23,915 nt of DNA, from the NCBI GenBank assembly GCA_040752575.1, contig JBFMGK010000027.1:1-23915 (forward strand), in the 5' to 3' direction. Source of the stretch: Candidatus Bipolaricaulota bacterium (GTDB taxonomy: Bacteria > Bipolaricaulota > Bipolaricaulia > UBA7950 > UBA9294). A model generated the notes under the pieces. That model was not told the DNA's origin and did no database searches. It saw nothing but the letters and a program-made list of their open reading frames with translations. Shown here piece after piece: positions 7,293 to 16,721 of this stretch. How positions within the stretch are numbered: the stretch's first letter is position 1; the number at the start of each line of letters is the position of its first letter. The translations under genes were made by a program, and so were the position numbers.

Positions 7293-9881
7293 ATGTCCAC
7301 GTTCTTCAAGCGCCATCAGCGCTTTGTTATCTGGGCGGTTGTCGTGTCGTTCGTCGTTGGCGGTGTGGGTCTGTTCAGTCTCGATCGGTCCGGGCTCTTC
7401 TCCGGGTCCGGTGGGACCGAGGACGGTCGGCCGGCGTATGCGGCGTCCGTCGATGGAGACCGCATAAGCCTTGAGGCTTTGAGCGCCCGGGCGTCGCAAC
7501 TGCTCAACCAGTATCGATCGCTCTTGGCGCAGATCGGCCAAGACACGAGCACGCTGCTTGCCGGGACGCCGGGAGCCATGCTCACGCTTCGTCTTCAGGG
7601 TGGGGCGACCTCGGACCTGATTCGCGAGACGATCTACGCCCAGGAAGCCAAGAAGCGCGGCATCAAGGTTGCCGACGCGACCATCGAGGCGGCGGTCGCC
7701 GCGGAGTACCAGGCCTTCCTGACGTCGAACAACATCACCGAGGAGACGCTGATCGCCTACCTCGAGGCCAACGGCAGCTCCCTGGATCGGTACAAGGCGT
7801 CGATTCGCGAGGCTGTCGCCGTCCAGAAGCTGATCGATGCCGTCAATGCCGAGGTCGGCACGGTGGCGCTACCTACCGAAGAGGAGCTGCTGGCGTTCTA
7901 CGAGAAGAACATCGTCCGCTACGACGAGAGCGAGCAAGTCAGAGCTTCGCACATCCTCGTTGCCGACGAGGCCGAGGCCGACGCGCTGAAGGAGCAATTG
8001 GCGTCTGGAGCCGACTTCGCCGAGCTGGCGCGTGCGGTTTCGCTCGACGAGGGATCGAAGGCCTCGGGCGGCGAGCTGGGATGGTTCGAGCGCGGGCAGA
8101 TGGTCGCCGAGTTCGAGGAGGCAGCCTTTGCGGCCACGCCCGGGGAGATCGTCGGCCCTGTCGAGACGACGTACGGCTACCACCTCATCCTCGTCGCCGA
8201 GCGAAAGGAAGCGCGAACGCCGACGCTTTCCGATGTACGCCAAACCGTACTCGCCGATTGGCAAGAAGAGGCCAAGGCGGCGCGCATCGAGACTTGGTAC
8301 GAAGGAGTCAGCGCGTTGCGAGATGTCGAGATTCTCCTCCCAGAGATCAACGCGTTCCTTCTCCAGGAGGAAGACCTCGACCGCGGCCTCGCCGAGTTCG
8401 AGCGCCTGAAGCGCGAGGGCGCGAGCAGCGATCCCTATCTCGCGTACTACATTGGGCAGATCTACGAGAGCAAGGCGACGACCCTGGAGACCGAGCGCGC
8501 GGCGCTCGAAGCACAGGCGGAGCCCACGGCGGAAGACACCGCGAGAATCGCCGAGCTCACGGCTGCGGAGATGGATGCCAAAGGAAGGGCGCTCGCGGCC
8601 TACCTTTCGATGGCCGACTCCAGCGTGGCGGACGAGGCCTTGTTCTACCGCATCCTGAATCTTGACTCTGGGAATGACGTAGCGACGCTGCAATTGGGGC
8701 GCGTCCTCGCGGAGCGCGGTGACTCCGCGGGAGCGCAGGCCCGGTTCGCCGAGGTGTTGGCGGGCAATCCCGAGTCGCGCGACGCTCTCTTGGCGTCGGG
8801 CGACCTCGCGCAGAAAGACGGCAAACCGTCTCTCGCGCGCGAGCGCTTCGAGAAGGCACTTTTGCTTCAGCCGCGGGACATCGGGACGATCGTCAAGCTC
8901 ATCAGCGTTCTGCTCACGCTCGGCGATCTCGAGGGCGCCGAGGCGAGACTCGCCGAGCTCCGTGGCGTGGATCCTCAAGGCGCGCGACTCGTGATTGCCG
9001 AGGGGGATGTCTTGCTTGCACGGCTCCGCGGTGCGGACGCCGCGCGGGACCTTCTGGCCGCCAAGGCGAACCGATCGGCGGCCGAGGACGCGGAACTCGC
9101 CTCGCTCGAGTCCGAGATCGGATCGCTCTACCCCACCGTCGTGGACAAACTGGAGGCCGGCCTCCAGGCCGGCGGGGGGATCGACCTCAACGTCAAGCTG
9201 GCGGATGCGCACGTTCTTGGCGGTGAGTTCGATGAGGCCGAGAAGGAGTATGGGCGCGTGTTGGCGCGCTCGCCGTACCGCGCCGACGCGTATGAGGGCC
9301 TCGCCCAGGTTCACATCGAGCGCGGGGAGACCGCCGAAGCCCTTGATGCTCTCCGGACGGCCTTGGCGCGATCCTTCGCCGCTGATCAGAGAATCCGGGT
9401 GGCCAAGAAGATCGTCAGTCTAGATTCCGCCGACACGTCGACGCGGACGCGCCTCGCGAAGCTATACGTCGAGCAGTCCCGCTGGACGGAAGCGATCGGC
9501 GAGTATGAGCAGCTGATTGCGGCGGACGCGACGATCGAAGAGGCGTACGCAGGGATCGCCGAGGCGTACGCGGCCGAGAAGGACTACAACGCCGCTCTGG
9601 AGTACCTGCTTCGCGGTGTGGAGAACATGCAGCGGGATACGGCCAAGATGCGGCTCCTCGAGCAGATCGTCACGACCGATCAGGCGGCGGTCGGGCTGGG
9701 CAACCCGTATTCCTCGGCCGGACTCGACGCGCTCATCCGGATCGCGCAGCTTGAGCTTGCACGAGGGAACCGCGAACAGGCGCGCGTCAAGCTGGAGCAG
9801 GTACGCAACACGGACATGCTCTACCGCGCTGAGGAAGTGGGACCCCTGCTCATTCAGGCCGCCGGCGCGACGCCCGAATGA
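7293..9881 (+). CDS. Membrane-anchored SurA-N/parvulin peptidyl-prolyl isomerase with long TPR region
   Basis: N-terminal anchor, SurA-like helical region, rotamase motifs (VRASHILV, FAELARAVSLD, GGELGWFERGQMVAEFEEAAF, GPVETTYGYHLI), then many TPR-like units. Confidence 0.85.
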   Translation: MSTFFKRHQRFVIWAVVVSFVVGGVGLFSLDRSGLFSGSGGTEDGRPAYAASVDGDRISLEALSARASQLLNQYRSLLAQIGQDTSTLLAGTPGAMLTLRLQGGATSDLIRETIYAQEAKKRGIKVADATIEAAVAAEYQAFLTSNNITEETLIAYLEANGSSLDRYKASIREAVAVQKLIDAVNAEVGTVALPTEEELLAFYEKNIVRYDESEQVRASHILVADEAEADALKEQLASGADFAELARAVSLDEGSKASGGELGWFERGQMVAEFEEAAFAATPGEIVGPVETTYGYHLILVAERKEARTPTLSDVRQTVLADWQEEAKAARIETWYEGVSALRDVEILLPEINAFLLQEEDLDRGLAEFERLKREGASSDPYLAYYIGQIYESKATTLETERAALEAQAEPTAEDTARIAELTAAEMDAKGRALAAYLSMADSSVADEALFYRILNLDSGNDVATLQLGRVLAERGDSAGAQARFAEVLAGNPESRDALLASGDLAQKDGKPSLARERFEKALLLQPRDIGTIVKLISVLLTLGDLEGAEARLAELRGVDPQGARLVIAEGDVLLARLRGADAARDLLAAKANRSAAEDAELASLESEIGSLYPTVVDKLEAGLQAGGGIDLNVKLADAHVLGGEFDEAEKEYGRVLARSPYRADAYEGLAQVHIERGETAEALDALRTALARSFAADQRIRVAKKIVSLDSADTSTRTRLAKLYVEQSRWTEAIGEYEQLIAADATIEEAYAGIAEAYAAEKDYNAALEYLLRGVENMQRDTAKMRLLEQIVTTDQAAVGLGNPYSSAGLDALIRIAQLELARGNREQARVKLEQVRNTDMLYRAEEVGPLLIQAAGATPE

Positions 9882-10492
9882 GCCCCGGCCTGGAACGGCT
9901 CGTCGACCTCGTCGCCCGTCTGCGCGATCCGGTCCACGGCTGTCCCTGGGACTTGCAGCAGGATCATGCGTCGCTTCGCCCCTACGTCGTCGAGGAGGCT
10001 TACGAGGTCGTGGGGGCGATCGATGCCGGGTCGTCGGCCGCCCTGGCCGGCGAGCTGGGCGACCTCTTGCTGCAAGTGCTTCTTCACGCTCGCATCGCCG
10101 AAGAGAGCGGCGCGTTCACGTTAGAGGACGTCTTCGCCGGGCTTGAGGCGAAGCTCATGCGTCGACATCCGCACGTCTTCGGTGATGCCCCGGCGGATCT
10201 CGAGTCGATCCGCGCGCGTTGGGAGGCCATCAAGGCCTCCGAGCCCTGTCACTCGTCAAGAACACTTCTTCCCACGCTGCTCGCCGCGCGCAGAGCGGCA
10301 TCTCAGGTGCAGGATCCGCTGGCGTGGTCGTCCCTTGCCTCGTCCCGAGATCGCGACGTGCAGGTCGGCGCTGAGTTGCTCGTGCGGCTGCGCGACGCGT
10401 GGCGTGAAGGTGTCGACCCTGACCTCGCGTTGCGCAAGGCGATCGATTCCCTCGAGAGGATCCCGGGAAGAGAGGAACATGGCGCCGCGTGA
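9878..10492 (+). CDS. mazG: MazG-family nucleoside triphosphate pyrophosphohydrolase (reduced C-terminal domain)
   Basis: GCPWDLQQDHASLRPYVVEEAYEVV, ELGDLLLQVLLH, KLMRRHPHVFG. ATGA overlap with the previous gene. Confidence 0.88.
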   Translation: MSPGLERLVDLVARLRDPVHGCPWDLQQDHASLRPYVVEEAYEVVGAIDAGSSAALAGELGDLLLQVLLHARIAEESGAFTLEDVFAGLEAKLMRRHPHVFGDAPADLESIRARWEAIKASEPCHSSRTLLPTLLAARRAASQVQDPLAWSSLASSRDRDVQVGAELLVRLRDAWREGVDPDLALRKAIDSLERIPGREEHGAA

Positions 10493-10742
10493 AGCGCTCG
10501 TCTACTGGATCGGCACCTCGGAGAACGAGATCCACTTCATCGATGCCGTGCTGACGGCCTACGACGGCCTGGCGAGCGTCCGCCGAGAGCTGCGCGTGGC
10601 GGACGGCATCGCGATGTACAAGGTCTACGTTGCGTCGGGCATGGAGGACGAGTTTCTCGAGGTCGTGGCCCGCCTGCGCGACCGGGCGAAGATCCAAACG
10701 ATCCGACGGGGAGAGCCGGATGAGGTTTCTGCGAGCGCGTGA
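10479..10742 (+). CDS. Small DUF4911-like protein (87 aa)
   Basis: ATG at 10479 after GAGG. MAPREALVYWIGTSENEIHFIDAVLTAYDGLASVR resembles the I-x-F/Y-I-x-x-I-L-E-x-Y-E/D-G-L pattern I recall for DUF4911. Confidence 0.6.
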   Translation: MAPREALVYWIGTSENEIHFIDAVLTAYDGLASVRRELRVADGIAMYKVYVASGMEDEFLEVVARLRDRAKIQTIRRGEPDEVSASA

Positions 10743-11160
10743 GATCGTCGACACGGTATTCGATGTCGACTACGACCGCCTCTGGGCGCGCGGTTGCCGC
10801 GCGCTTCTCTTCGACCTGGACAACACGCTCGGCGCCCGGGGGCTTTCGAAGCTCGACGCCGATGTCGGCGACCTTCTCCGCGGGCTCACGGCTCGCGGGT
10901 TCAGCGTGGGCATCTTGACGAATCGAAAGCGGACGGCATCCGACGGCTTCGCGCGTGCGCTCGCGGAGGAGTTTGCCGTCCTCGACGTGGCGCGGAAGCC
11001 GTCGCGGCGAGGATACGATGAGCTCCTGCGACGCCTTGGGCGGTCTGCTGCCGCTGCGGCGATGATCGGCGATCGACGTCTCACCGACATTCTCGGTGCG
11101 AACCGTAGTGGCATCTATTCGGTTCGCGTTCGCGGAGTGCGTCGCTCGACCGCGAGGTGA
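10720..11160 (+). CDS. YqeG-like HAD IIIA phosphatase
   Basis: LLFDLDNTL (motif I), ILTN (II), ARKP (III), MIGDRRLTDILGANRSG (IV). Start MRFLRARE at 10720. Confidence 0.88.
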   Translation: MRFLRAREIVDTVFDVDYDRLWARGCRALLFDLDNTLGARGLSKLDADVGDLLRGLTARGFSVGILTNRKRTASDGFARALAEEFAVLDVARKPSRRGYDELLRRLGRSAAAAAMIGDRRLTDILGANRSGIYSVRVRGVRRSTAR

Positions 11161-11190
11161 CGCGACGTGGACGCGGCGGCAACGACCGGC

Positions 11191-11220
11191 TTGGTGGCGT
11201 TTTCCGCAGTCGGCTATCAT
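11191..11220 (+). promoter_or_regulatory. Possible promoter of the OTC-cit-leuCD operon
   Basis: TTGGTG, 18-bp spacer, TATCAT. AAGGAGG SD before the ATG at 11284. Confidence 0.35.
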
Positions 11221-11283
11221 CCGTAGGCTCCCGTAACGGGTCCCAGATTTCGGGACGGACGCGAACAAGGAGGAAGCCTGCCG

Positions 11284-12195
11284 ATGAACGCTCGTCACCT
11301 CGTTTCCCTGCGCGACGTGTCTTCCGAAGACCTCCATGAGATCCTCGACGTGGCGCGCCACCTGAAGCTCGAGCACCGCTCCGGAGTTCGGCACGCAAGG
11401 CTTGCGGGCAAGACGCTGGCGATGGTGTTTCAGAAGCCGTCTCTGCGGACGCGGGTCTCGTTTGAGGCGGGGATGGAGCAACTCGGCGGCCACGCGATCT
11501 ACCTGGGTCCGAGCGACATCAAGCTGGGGGAGCGGGAGACTACCGAGGACATTGCACTGAATCTGTCGCGGTTTTGTGATGCCATCATGGCGCGCGTCTT
11601 CCGCCACGAGACGATTGTCGAGCTGGCGAAGTACGCGACGGTTCCGGTGATCAACGGACTCTGCGACATGGATCATCCGTGTCAGGGTCTCGCGGACCTC
11701 TTGACGATCTGGGAGAAGAAGCGGAGATTCGAGGGACTCACGTTGACGTTCATCGGCGATGGCAATAACGTCGCCCATTCGCTGATCGACGGCTGTGCCA
11801 AGCTCGGCATGTCCTTCCGGATCGGCTGTCCCCAGGGGTACGAGCCGAACGCCGAGGTCATGACCGCGGCCAGATCTCTCGGAGCCTCGGTTGAGGTCTT
11901 CCGCGATCCGTTGGCGGCGGCCCAAGGCGCCGATGTCCTGTACACCGACGTCTGGGTCAGCATGGGGCAGGAGGCGGACGGGAAGTCGAAGGCCAATGCC
12001 TTCCGAGGCTTCACGATCGACGCCCAGCTTGTGAAAGCCGCCGCAGAGGACGCGATCATCCTTCACTGTCTCCCGGCGCATTACGGCGAGGAGATCACGT
12101 ATGAGGCGTCGAGGAGTCCCGGGAGCGCGATCTTCGACCAAGCCGAGAACCGCATGCACGCGCAGAAAGCCGTCCTTGCGCTGCTCATGTCCTAG
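11284..12195 (+). CDS. argF: Ornithine carbamoyltransferase (ArgF/ArcB)
   Basis: FQKPSLRTRVSF, HPCQGLADL, GDGNNVAHS, YTDVWVSMGQE, LHCLPA, FDQAENRMHAQKA. Confidence 0.95.
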   Translation: MNARHLVSLRDVSSEDLHEILDVARHLKLEHRSGVRHARLAGKTLAMVFQKPSLRTRVSFEAGMEQLGGHAIYLGPSDIKLGERETTEDIALNLSRFCDAIMARVFRHETIVELAKYATVPVINGLCDMDHPCQGLADLLTIWEKKRRFEGLTLTFIGDGNNVAHSLIDGCAKLGMSFRIGCPQGYEPNAEVMTAARSLGASVEVFRDPLAAAQGADVLYTDVWVSMGQEADGKSKANAFRGFTIDAQLVKAAAEDAIILHCLPAHYGEEITYEASRSPGSAIFDQAENRMHAQKAVLALLMS

Positions 12196-12207
12196 GAGGA
12201 GGCAGGG

Positions 12208-13377
12208 ATGCCGGAAGCCATCGTCGTCGGATCGGGGGCAAAGGGCGACGGACGCGTGTCGGTGACCGTGGGAGTTGCTCCAGAGGTCGAGGTGACGACG
12301 GCCGACCCGCGGCTGTTCGAGCGCGGGATCCGCGAGGTCGTCGACGAGACGCTCGCCAAGTTGGGACGGATCAGGGCCAAGGTCCAGGTCGCCGATGAGG
12401 GTGCGCTGGACTACGTGCTCGCGGCCCGCCTGGAGGCTGCCGTGAGGTCCGCACTCCCGAAGAGCCGGCCGATCGCACCCCCCGTAGAGAGGCGGCCGAG
12501 CCTAGCGGATGCGCCGCGGCGCAGCCGTCTCTACGCGCCGGGCAACCATCCTCGCGTCCTGGCCGGGATCGAGTTACACGACGCCGACGTCGTGCTTCTC
12601 GACCTCGAAGATTCCGTCCCGCCGGCGGAGAAGGCGGCGGCACGCGTTCTCGTCAAGCACCTATTGGCTGCGATCGACTTTCCCAACGAGGTTTGGGTAC
12701 GGGTGAACGCGCTGGCGGACGGCGGCGAAGCCGACGTCCGGGAGGTTCTGCTCGGCCGTCCACACGGGATCGCCCTTCCGAAGGCTGAGTCGGCCGACGA
12801 CGTACGCGCGCTCGCCCGCCTGCTCGATGAGGTCGAAGGCGAGATGGGACGGGCGTCGCGTACGACCTGGATCATGCCGATCGTCGAGACGGCGTGCGGT
12901 GTGCTGCATGCTGACGAGATCGCGGGGGCGGACCCACGAGTCGTTGTCGTTGCGTTGGGGGCCGAGGACTTCACGCGCGACGTCGGGGCGCGCCGGACGC
13001 CCGAGGCGCTCCTGTTCGCGCGATCCATGGTTGTCATCGCTGCGAAAGCCGCTGGAGTCCAGGCTTCCGACACCGTGTACGCCCGCGTCGACGACGAAGA
13101 CGGGCTGGCTGCGGAGGCCGAACTGGCGCGCGACCTTGGGTTCGACGGCAAGGGGGCGATCCACCCGACGCAGATCGCTGTGATTCACGAGGCGTTCTCG
13201 CCGGACGAGCAGGAGATGGAGCAAGCGCGGAAGATCGTGGCCGCGGCGCAAGAGGCCGAAGCTCGCGGCCTTGGAGCGATAGCGATCGAAGGCCGGATGA
13301 TCGATCGGCCCGTTCTCGAGCGCGCTCGGCGGACGCTCCAGTTTGCCGATCGGCTCGCAACAAGGAGGAAGCCGTGA
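12208..13377 (+). CDS. Fusion of CitD-like acyl-carrier domain and CitE/HpcH-type acyl-CoA lyase
   Basis: Residues 1-82 match CitD (…DEGALDYVLAARLEAAVR vs E. coli DKGALDCILRARLEA). The rest is CitE-like: RRSRLYAPGN, DLEDSV, VRVN, LPKAES, IVET, LGAEDF, GFDGKGAIHPTQI, GRMIDRP. Confidence 0.85.
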   Translation: MPEAIVVGSGAKGDGRVSVTVGVAPEVEVTTADPRLFERGIREVVDETLAKLGRIRAKVQVADEGALDYVLAARLEAAVRSALPKSRPIAPPVERRPSLADAPRRSRLYAPGNHPRVLAGIELHDADVVLLDLEDSVPPAEKAAARVLVKHLLAAIDFPNEVWVRVNALADGGEADVREVLLGRPHGIALPKAESADDVRALARLLDEVEGEMGRASRTTWIMPIVETACGVLHADEIAGADPRVVVVALGAEDFTRDVGARRTPEALLFARSMVVIAAKAAGVQASDTVYARVDDEDGLAAEAELARDLGFDGKGAIHPTQIAVIHEAFSPDEQEMEQARKIVAAAQEAEARGLGAIAIEGRMIDRPVLERARRTLQFADRLATRRKP

Positions 13378-14918
13378 AGAACGCGGTTGGGCGCGAGATT
13401 CCGGCGACCCTGGGCCGTCGCCCGGTGGAGCCGTTCCGAGGCGCTTTCGCCACAGCGCGCACGGGGCGCAAAGCCGCGCGTCCGCAGAAGTCGTGCCGCC
13501 CCGGCGAGAACAAGGTTCTGCCGTCGCTCGACGCGGCGCTGGAGGCGACCGGACTCCAGAGCGGGATGACCGTCTCCTTCCACCACGCGTTTCGCGAGGG
13601 AGATCGTGTGATCAACCAGGTTATGGACGCGTGCGCCCGTAAAGGACTGCGCGACCTCCGTCTCTTCTCGACGGCGCTGTTCGGGACACATGCCAAGCTT
13701 GTGGACCACATCAAGTCCGGCGTGATCTCGCGGATCGAGGGCTCCATGAACGGTCCCGTGGGGGATTTCATCTCCCAAGGCGGAAAGCTGCGGGAACCGG
13801 CCATCCTCCGCTCGCACGGCGGGCGATGGCGGGCGATCGAGTCGGGCGACGTGAAGATCGACGTAGCGTTCGTCGCAGCAGCCCAGGCTGACCCCTACGG
13901 CAACGCGAACGGGATCCACGGCCGCACGCCATGCGGTCCCATCACCTTCTGCACCGTCGACGCCCAATACGCGGACCGCACGGTCGTCGTGACGAACGAA
14001 CTCGCGCCGTATCCGGCGCACCCGTTTGAGATCCAGCAGGGATGGACGGACTACGTTGTTGTGGTGGACGAGGTCGGTGATCCGGCGCAGATTGCCTCGG
14101 GGACGCTGGAGATGACAAAGTCGCCGGCTCGGCTGCGTATCGCCCGTCTCGCCGCCGACGCGGTGAAGGCGTCGCCGTACTTCCGCGACGGCATGTCCTT
14201 TCAGGGTGGAGCGGGCGGGATCTCTCTGGCTGCGACGATGTACCTGTCCGAGGAGATGGAGAGGGCAGGCGTCGTGGGAAGCTTCGTCATGGGCGGCGGC
14301 ACGCGCGTCATGGTCGACATGCTGCGCAAAGGGCTGGTCCGCGTGATCCTCGACGGCCAGGCGTTCGACCCTGTCGCTGTCGCTTCGCTGCGCGAGGATC
14401 CGGCGCATGTGATCATGGACGCGGGGATCTATGCGAACTACGACTCGCGCGCCTGTGCGACGTACATGTTGGATGCGGCGTTTCTCGGGGCGACCGAGGT
14501 CGACCTCGACTTCAACGTCAACGTGAACACGCACTCGGACGGACGACTGCTCCACGGCATCGGCGGCCACCAGGATGTGGCCTCGGGGGCGAAGATGACG
14601 CTGATCACCGTGCCGTCGATCCGCGGGCGGCTGCCCGTCATCCTGGACCGCGTCACCACCGTGACGACGCCGGGCGAGGTGGTGGATGCGATCGTCACCG
14701 AGCGAGGCATCGCCGTGAACCCCCGTCGCGAGGATCTCAAGGCTCACTTCCTTGCCGCCGGACTGCCCGTACGCGAGCTGGCGGCGATGAAGGCCGAAGC
14801 CGATGGACTCGTGCGCCCGCTCGGCAAGCCGGTGTTTGGCGATGAGGTCGTCGCCGCGATCGAGTGGCGTGACGGGACCGTGATCGACGTCGTGCGAAAG
14901 GTGGAAGCATGGGAGTGA
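13374..14918 (+). CDS. citF: Citrate lyase alpha subunit family CoA/ACP-transferase
   Basis: MKNAVGREIP, GMTVSFHHAFREGD, RSHGGR, SFQGGAGG, LGATEVDLDFNVNV, GGHQD, TTPGEVVD, VTERGIAVNP, IEWRDGTVIDVV. GTGA overlap with the previous gene. Confidence 0.92.
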   Translation: MKNAVGREIPATLGRRPVEPFRGAFATARTGRKAARPQKSCRPGENKVLPSLDAALEATGLQSGMTVSFHHAFREGDRVINQVMDACARKGLRDLRLFSTALFGTHAKLVDHIKSGVISRIEGSMNGPVGDFISQGGKLREPAILRSHGGRWRAIESGDVKIDVAFVAAAQADPYGNANGIHGRTPCGPITFCTVDAQYADRTVVVTNELAPYPAHPFEIQQGWTDYVVVVDEVGDPAQIASGTLEMTKSPARLRIARLAADAVKASPYFRDGMSFQGGAGGISLAATMYLSEEMERAGVVGSFVMGGGTRVMVDMLRKGLVRVILDGQAFDPVAVASLREDPAHVIMDAGIYANYDSRACATYMLDAAFLGATEVDLDFNVNVNTHSDGRLLHGIGGHQDVASGAKMTLITVPSIRGRLPVILDRVTTVTTPGEVVDAIVTERGIAVNPRREDLKAHFLAAGLPVRELAAMKAEADGLVRPLGKPVFGDEVVAAIEWRDGTVIDVVRKVEAWE

Positions 14919-15445
14919 GAGACGACCTACGAAGGGTGTTGCCGGAAGTCGAGCTCCTCGGCGACGCCACACTGCGGGACCAGGTCCTCGCAACGTGGGA
15001 GGGTGCGCTGGCTCGCGGAGGGTGGGAAGCCGCCGACATCGCTCGGATTCCCTTCACCTTGCTCAAGCCGGTGAAGATCAGCTTCGCCGACCACGTTCGC
15101 AGTGTCACGAGGATCTGCGCTGCGGTTGCAGACACCTTCGACGAGATCTACCAGGGCGCGATCCCGCTGCGGCGCGATATCCTCATCGCCGGCGCGCTGC
15201 TGCACGACGTCGGCAAGCTCCTCGAGATCGAGGAGAAAGGCGGCAAGTTCCAGAAGTCGAAGTACGGTGCGCTCGTGCGGCACCCGTTCTCGGGCGTGGC
15301 GCTCGCCGACGCCCACGGGGTGCCGGCCGACGTACAGCACATCATCGGCGTTCACTCGAAAGAGGGAGACCACGGCAAGCGGACGCCGGAAGCGATCATT
15401 CTGCACCTCGCCGACTTCATGAACTTCGATCCGATCGAGGGGTGA
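14909..15445 (+). CDS. HD-domain (HDIG-type) metal-dependent phosphohydrolase
   Basis: DHVRSV, AGALLHDVGKLLE, RHPFSG, HIIGVHS, EAIILHLAD. Confidence 0.85.
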   Translation: MGVRDDLRRVLPEVELLGDATLRDQVLATWEGALARGGWEAADIARIPFTLLKPVKISFADHVRSVTRICAAVADTFDEIYQGAIPLRRDILIAGALLHDVGKLLEIEEKGGKFQKSKYGALVRHPFSGVALADAHGVPADVQHIIGVHSKEGDHGKRTPEAIILHLADFMNFDPIEG

Positions 15446-15449
15446 GACT

Positions 15450-16721
15450 GTGGGAATGACGTTTGCCCAGAAGGTTCTGGCGAAGAAGGCCGGGTTCGCG
15501 TCGGTGGCTGTGGGCCAGATCGTGGATGTCGAGCCGGACTTCTGCCTCTCGCACGACAACACGGCAGCGATTGCCAAGACGTTCGCGAAGCTTGGCGTAG
15601 AGAAGGTCAAGAACCCCGAGCGCTTCGTGATTGTGCTCGACCACACCGTGCCCGCCTCGACCGAGGAGTACGCGCAAGGCCACAAGGAGATCCGCGCCTT
15701 CGTCGCGAAGCAAGGCATCAAAGCGTTCTACGACGCAGGAGTGGGGATCTGCCACCAGGTGCTTCCCGAGATGGGCTTTGCCCTGCCGGGGAACCTGATT
15801 CTCGGCTCCGACTCCCACACGACGGCCTACGGCGCGTTCGGTGCCTTCTCGGCGGGCGTCGGGCGATCGGAGATGGCCGCGCTCTACGCGACATCAAGGA
15901 TCTGGCTCAAGACCCCGGCCTCGTTCAAGATCGAGGTCAAGGGCAAGCTCCAAGAGCCGGTGACATCGAAGGATCTCGTGCTGAAGATCATCGGCGACCT
16001 CGGGGCCGACGGCGCCCTATACAAGTCCGTCGAGTTCACGGGCGAAGCCGTCGGCGCGATGAGCCTCTCCTCGCGGCTCGTGCTCTCGAACATGGCCGTC
16101 GAGATGGGCGCGAAGAACGGATACTGCGCGCCGGACGCCAAGACGTTCGCCTTCCTGGAAGGGCGCGCCGTGGCGAAGTACACGCCGATCTACCCCGACC
16201 CCGACGCCGACTACGAGCGCACGTTGACGTATGACGCGGCGACGCTCGGGCCCCAGGTGGCGCGGCCGCACACGGTGGACAACGTCGTCCCCGTCGAAGA
16301 CGTCGAAGGCACGAAGATCGATCAGGCGCTCCTGGGCACCTGCACCAACGGGCGGCTCGAGGACTTGCGACAGGCCGCGCGTTTCCTCGAGGGGAAGAAG
16401 ATCTCACGAGGCGTGCGGATGATCGTGCTGCCGGCCTCGCGCGAGGTGCTGCTCGACGCGCTGCGCGAGGGTCTCATCGAGACCTTTGTGCGCGCCGGCG
16501 CCATGGTGCTGAACCCTGGATGCGGCCCGTGCCTTGGGGCCCACGAAGGCGTGATGGCTGCCGGCGAGGTCTGCATCTCGACCGCGAACCGCAACTTCCA
16601 GGGTCGTATGGGTTCCAGCGAGGCAGCGACGTACCTCGCTTCTCCGGCCACGGTGGCCGCGTCGGCCGTCCTCGGCGCGATCGCCGATCCCCGGAAGGCA
16701 GGCCGTGGAGGTGGCGCATGA
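15450..16721 (+). CDS. Aconitase-family hydratase large subunit (short LeuC/HacA/DmdA type)
   Basis: HDN, DH, GICHQ, GSDSHT, 4Fe-4S cysteines in GTCTNGR and PGCGPCLG, STANRNFQGRMG, YLASPA. Confidence 0.92.
   Translation: MGMTFAQKVLAKKAGFASVAVGQIVDVEPDFCLSHDNTAAIAKTFAKLGVEKVKNPERFVIVLDHTVPASTEEYAQGHKEIRAFVAKQGIKAFYDAGVGICHQVLPEMGFALPGNLILGSDSHTTAYGAFGAFSAGVGRSEMAALYATSRIWLKTPASFKIEVKGKLQEPVTSKDLVLKIIGDLGADGALYKSVEFTGEAVGAMSLSSRLVLSNMAVEMGAKNGYCAPDAKTFAFLEGRAVAKYTPIYPDPDADYERTLTYDAATLGPQVARPHTVDNVVPVEDVEGTKIDQALLGTCTNGRLEDLRQAARFLEGKKISRGVRMIVLPASREVLLDALREGLIETFVRAGAMVLNPGCGPCLGAHEGVMAAGEVCISTANRNFQGRMGSSEAATYLASPATVAASAVLGAIADPRKAGRGGGA

Noticed and set aside
11220..11262. Two small hairpins (CCCGTAACGGG; GTCCC-AGATTTC-GGGAC) upstream of the OTC gene as a riboswitch
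   Set aside because: The stems are short, expected by chance at this GC level, and show no known aptamer motif.
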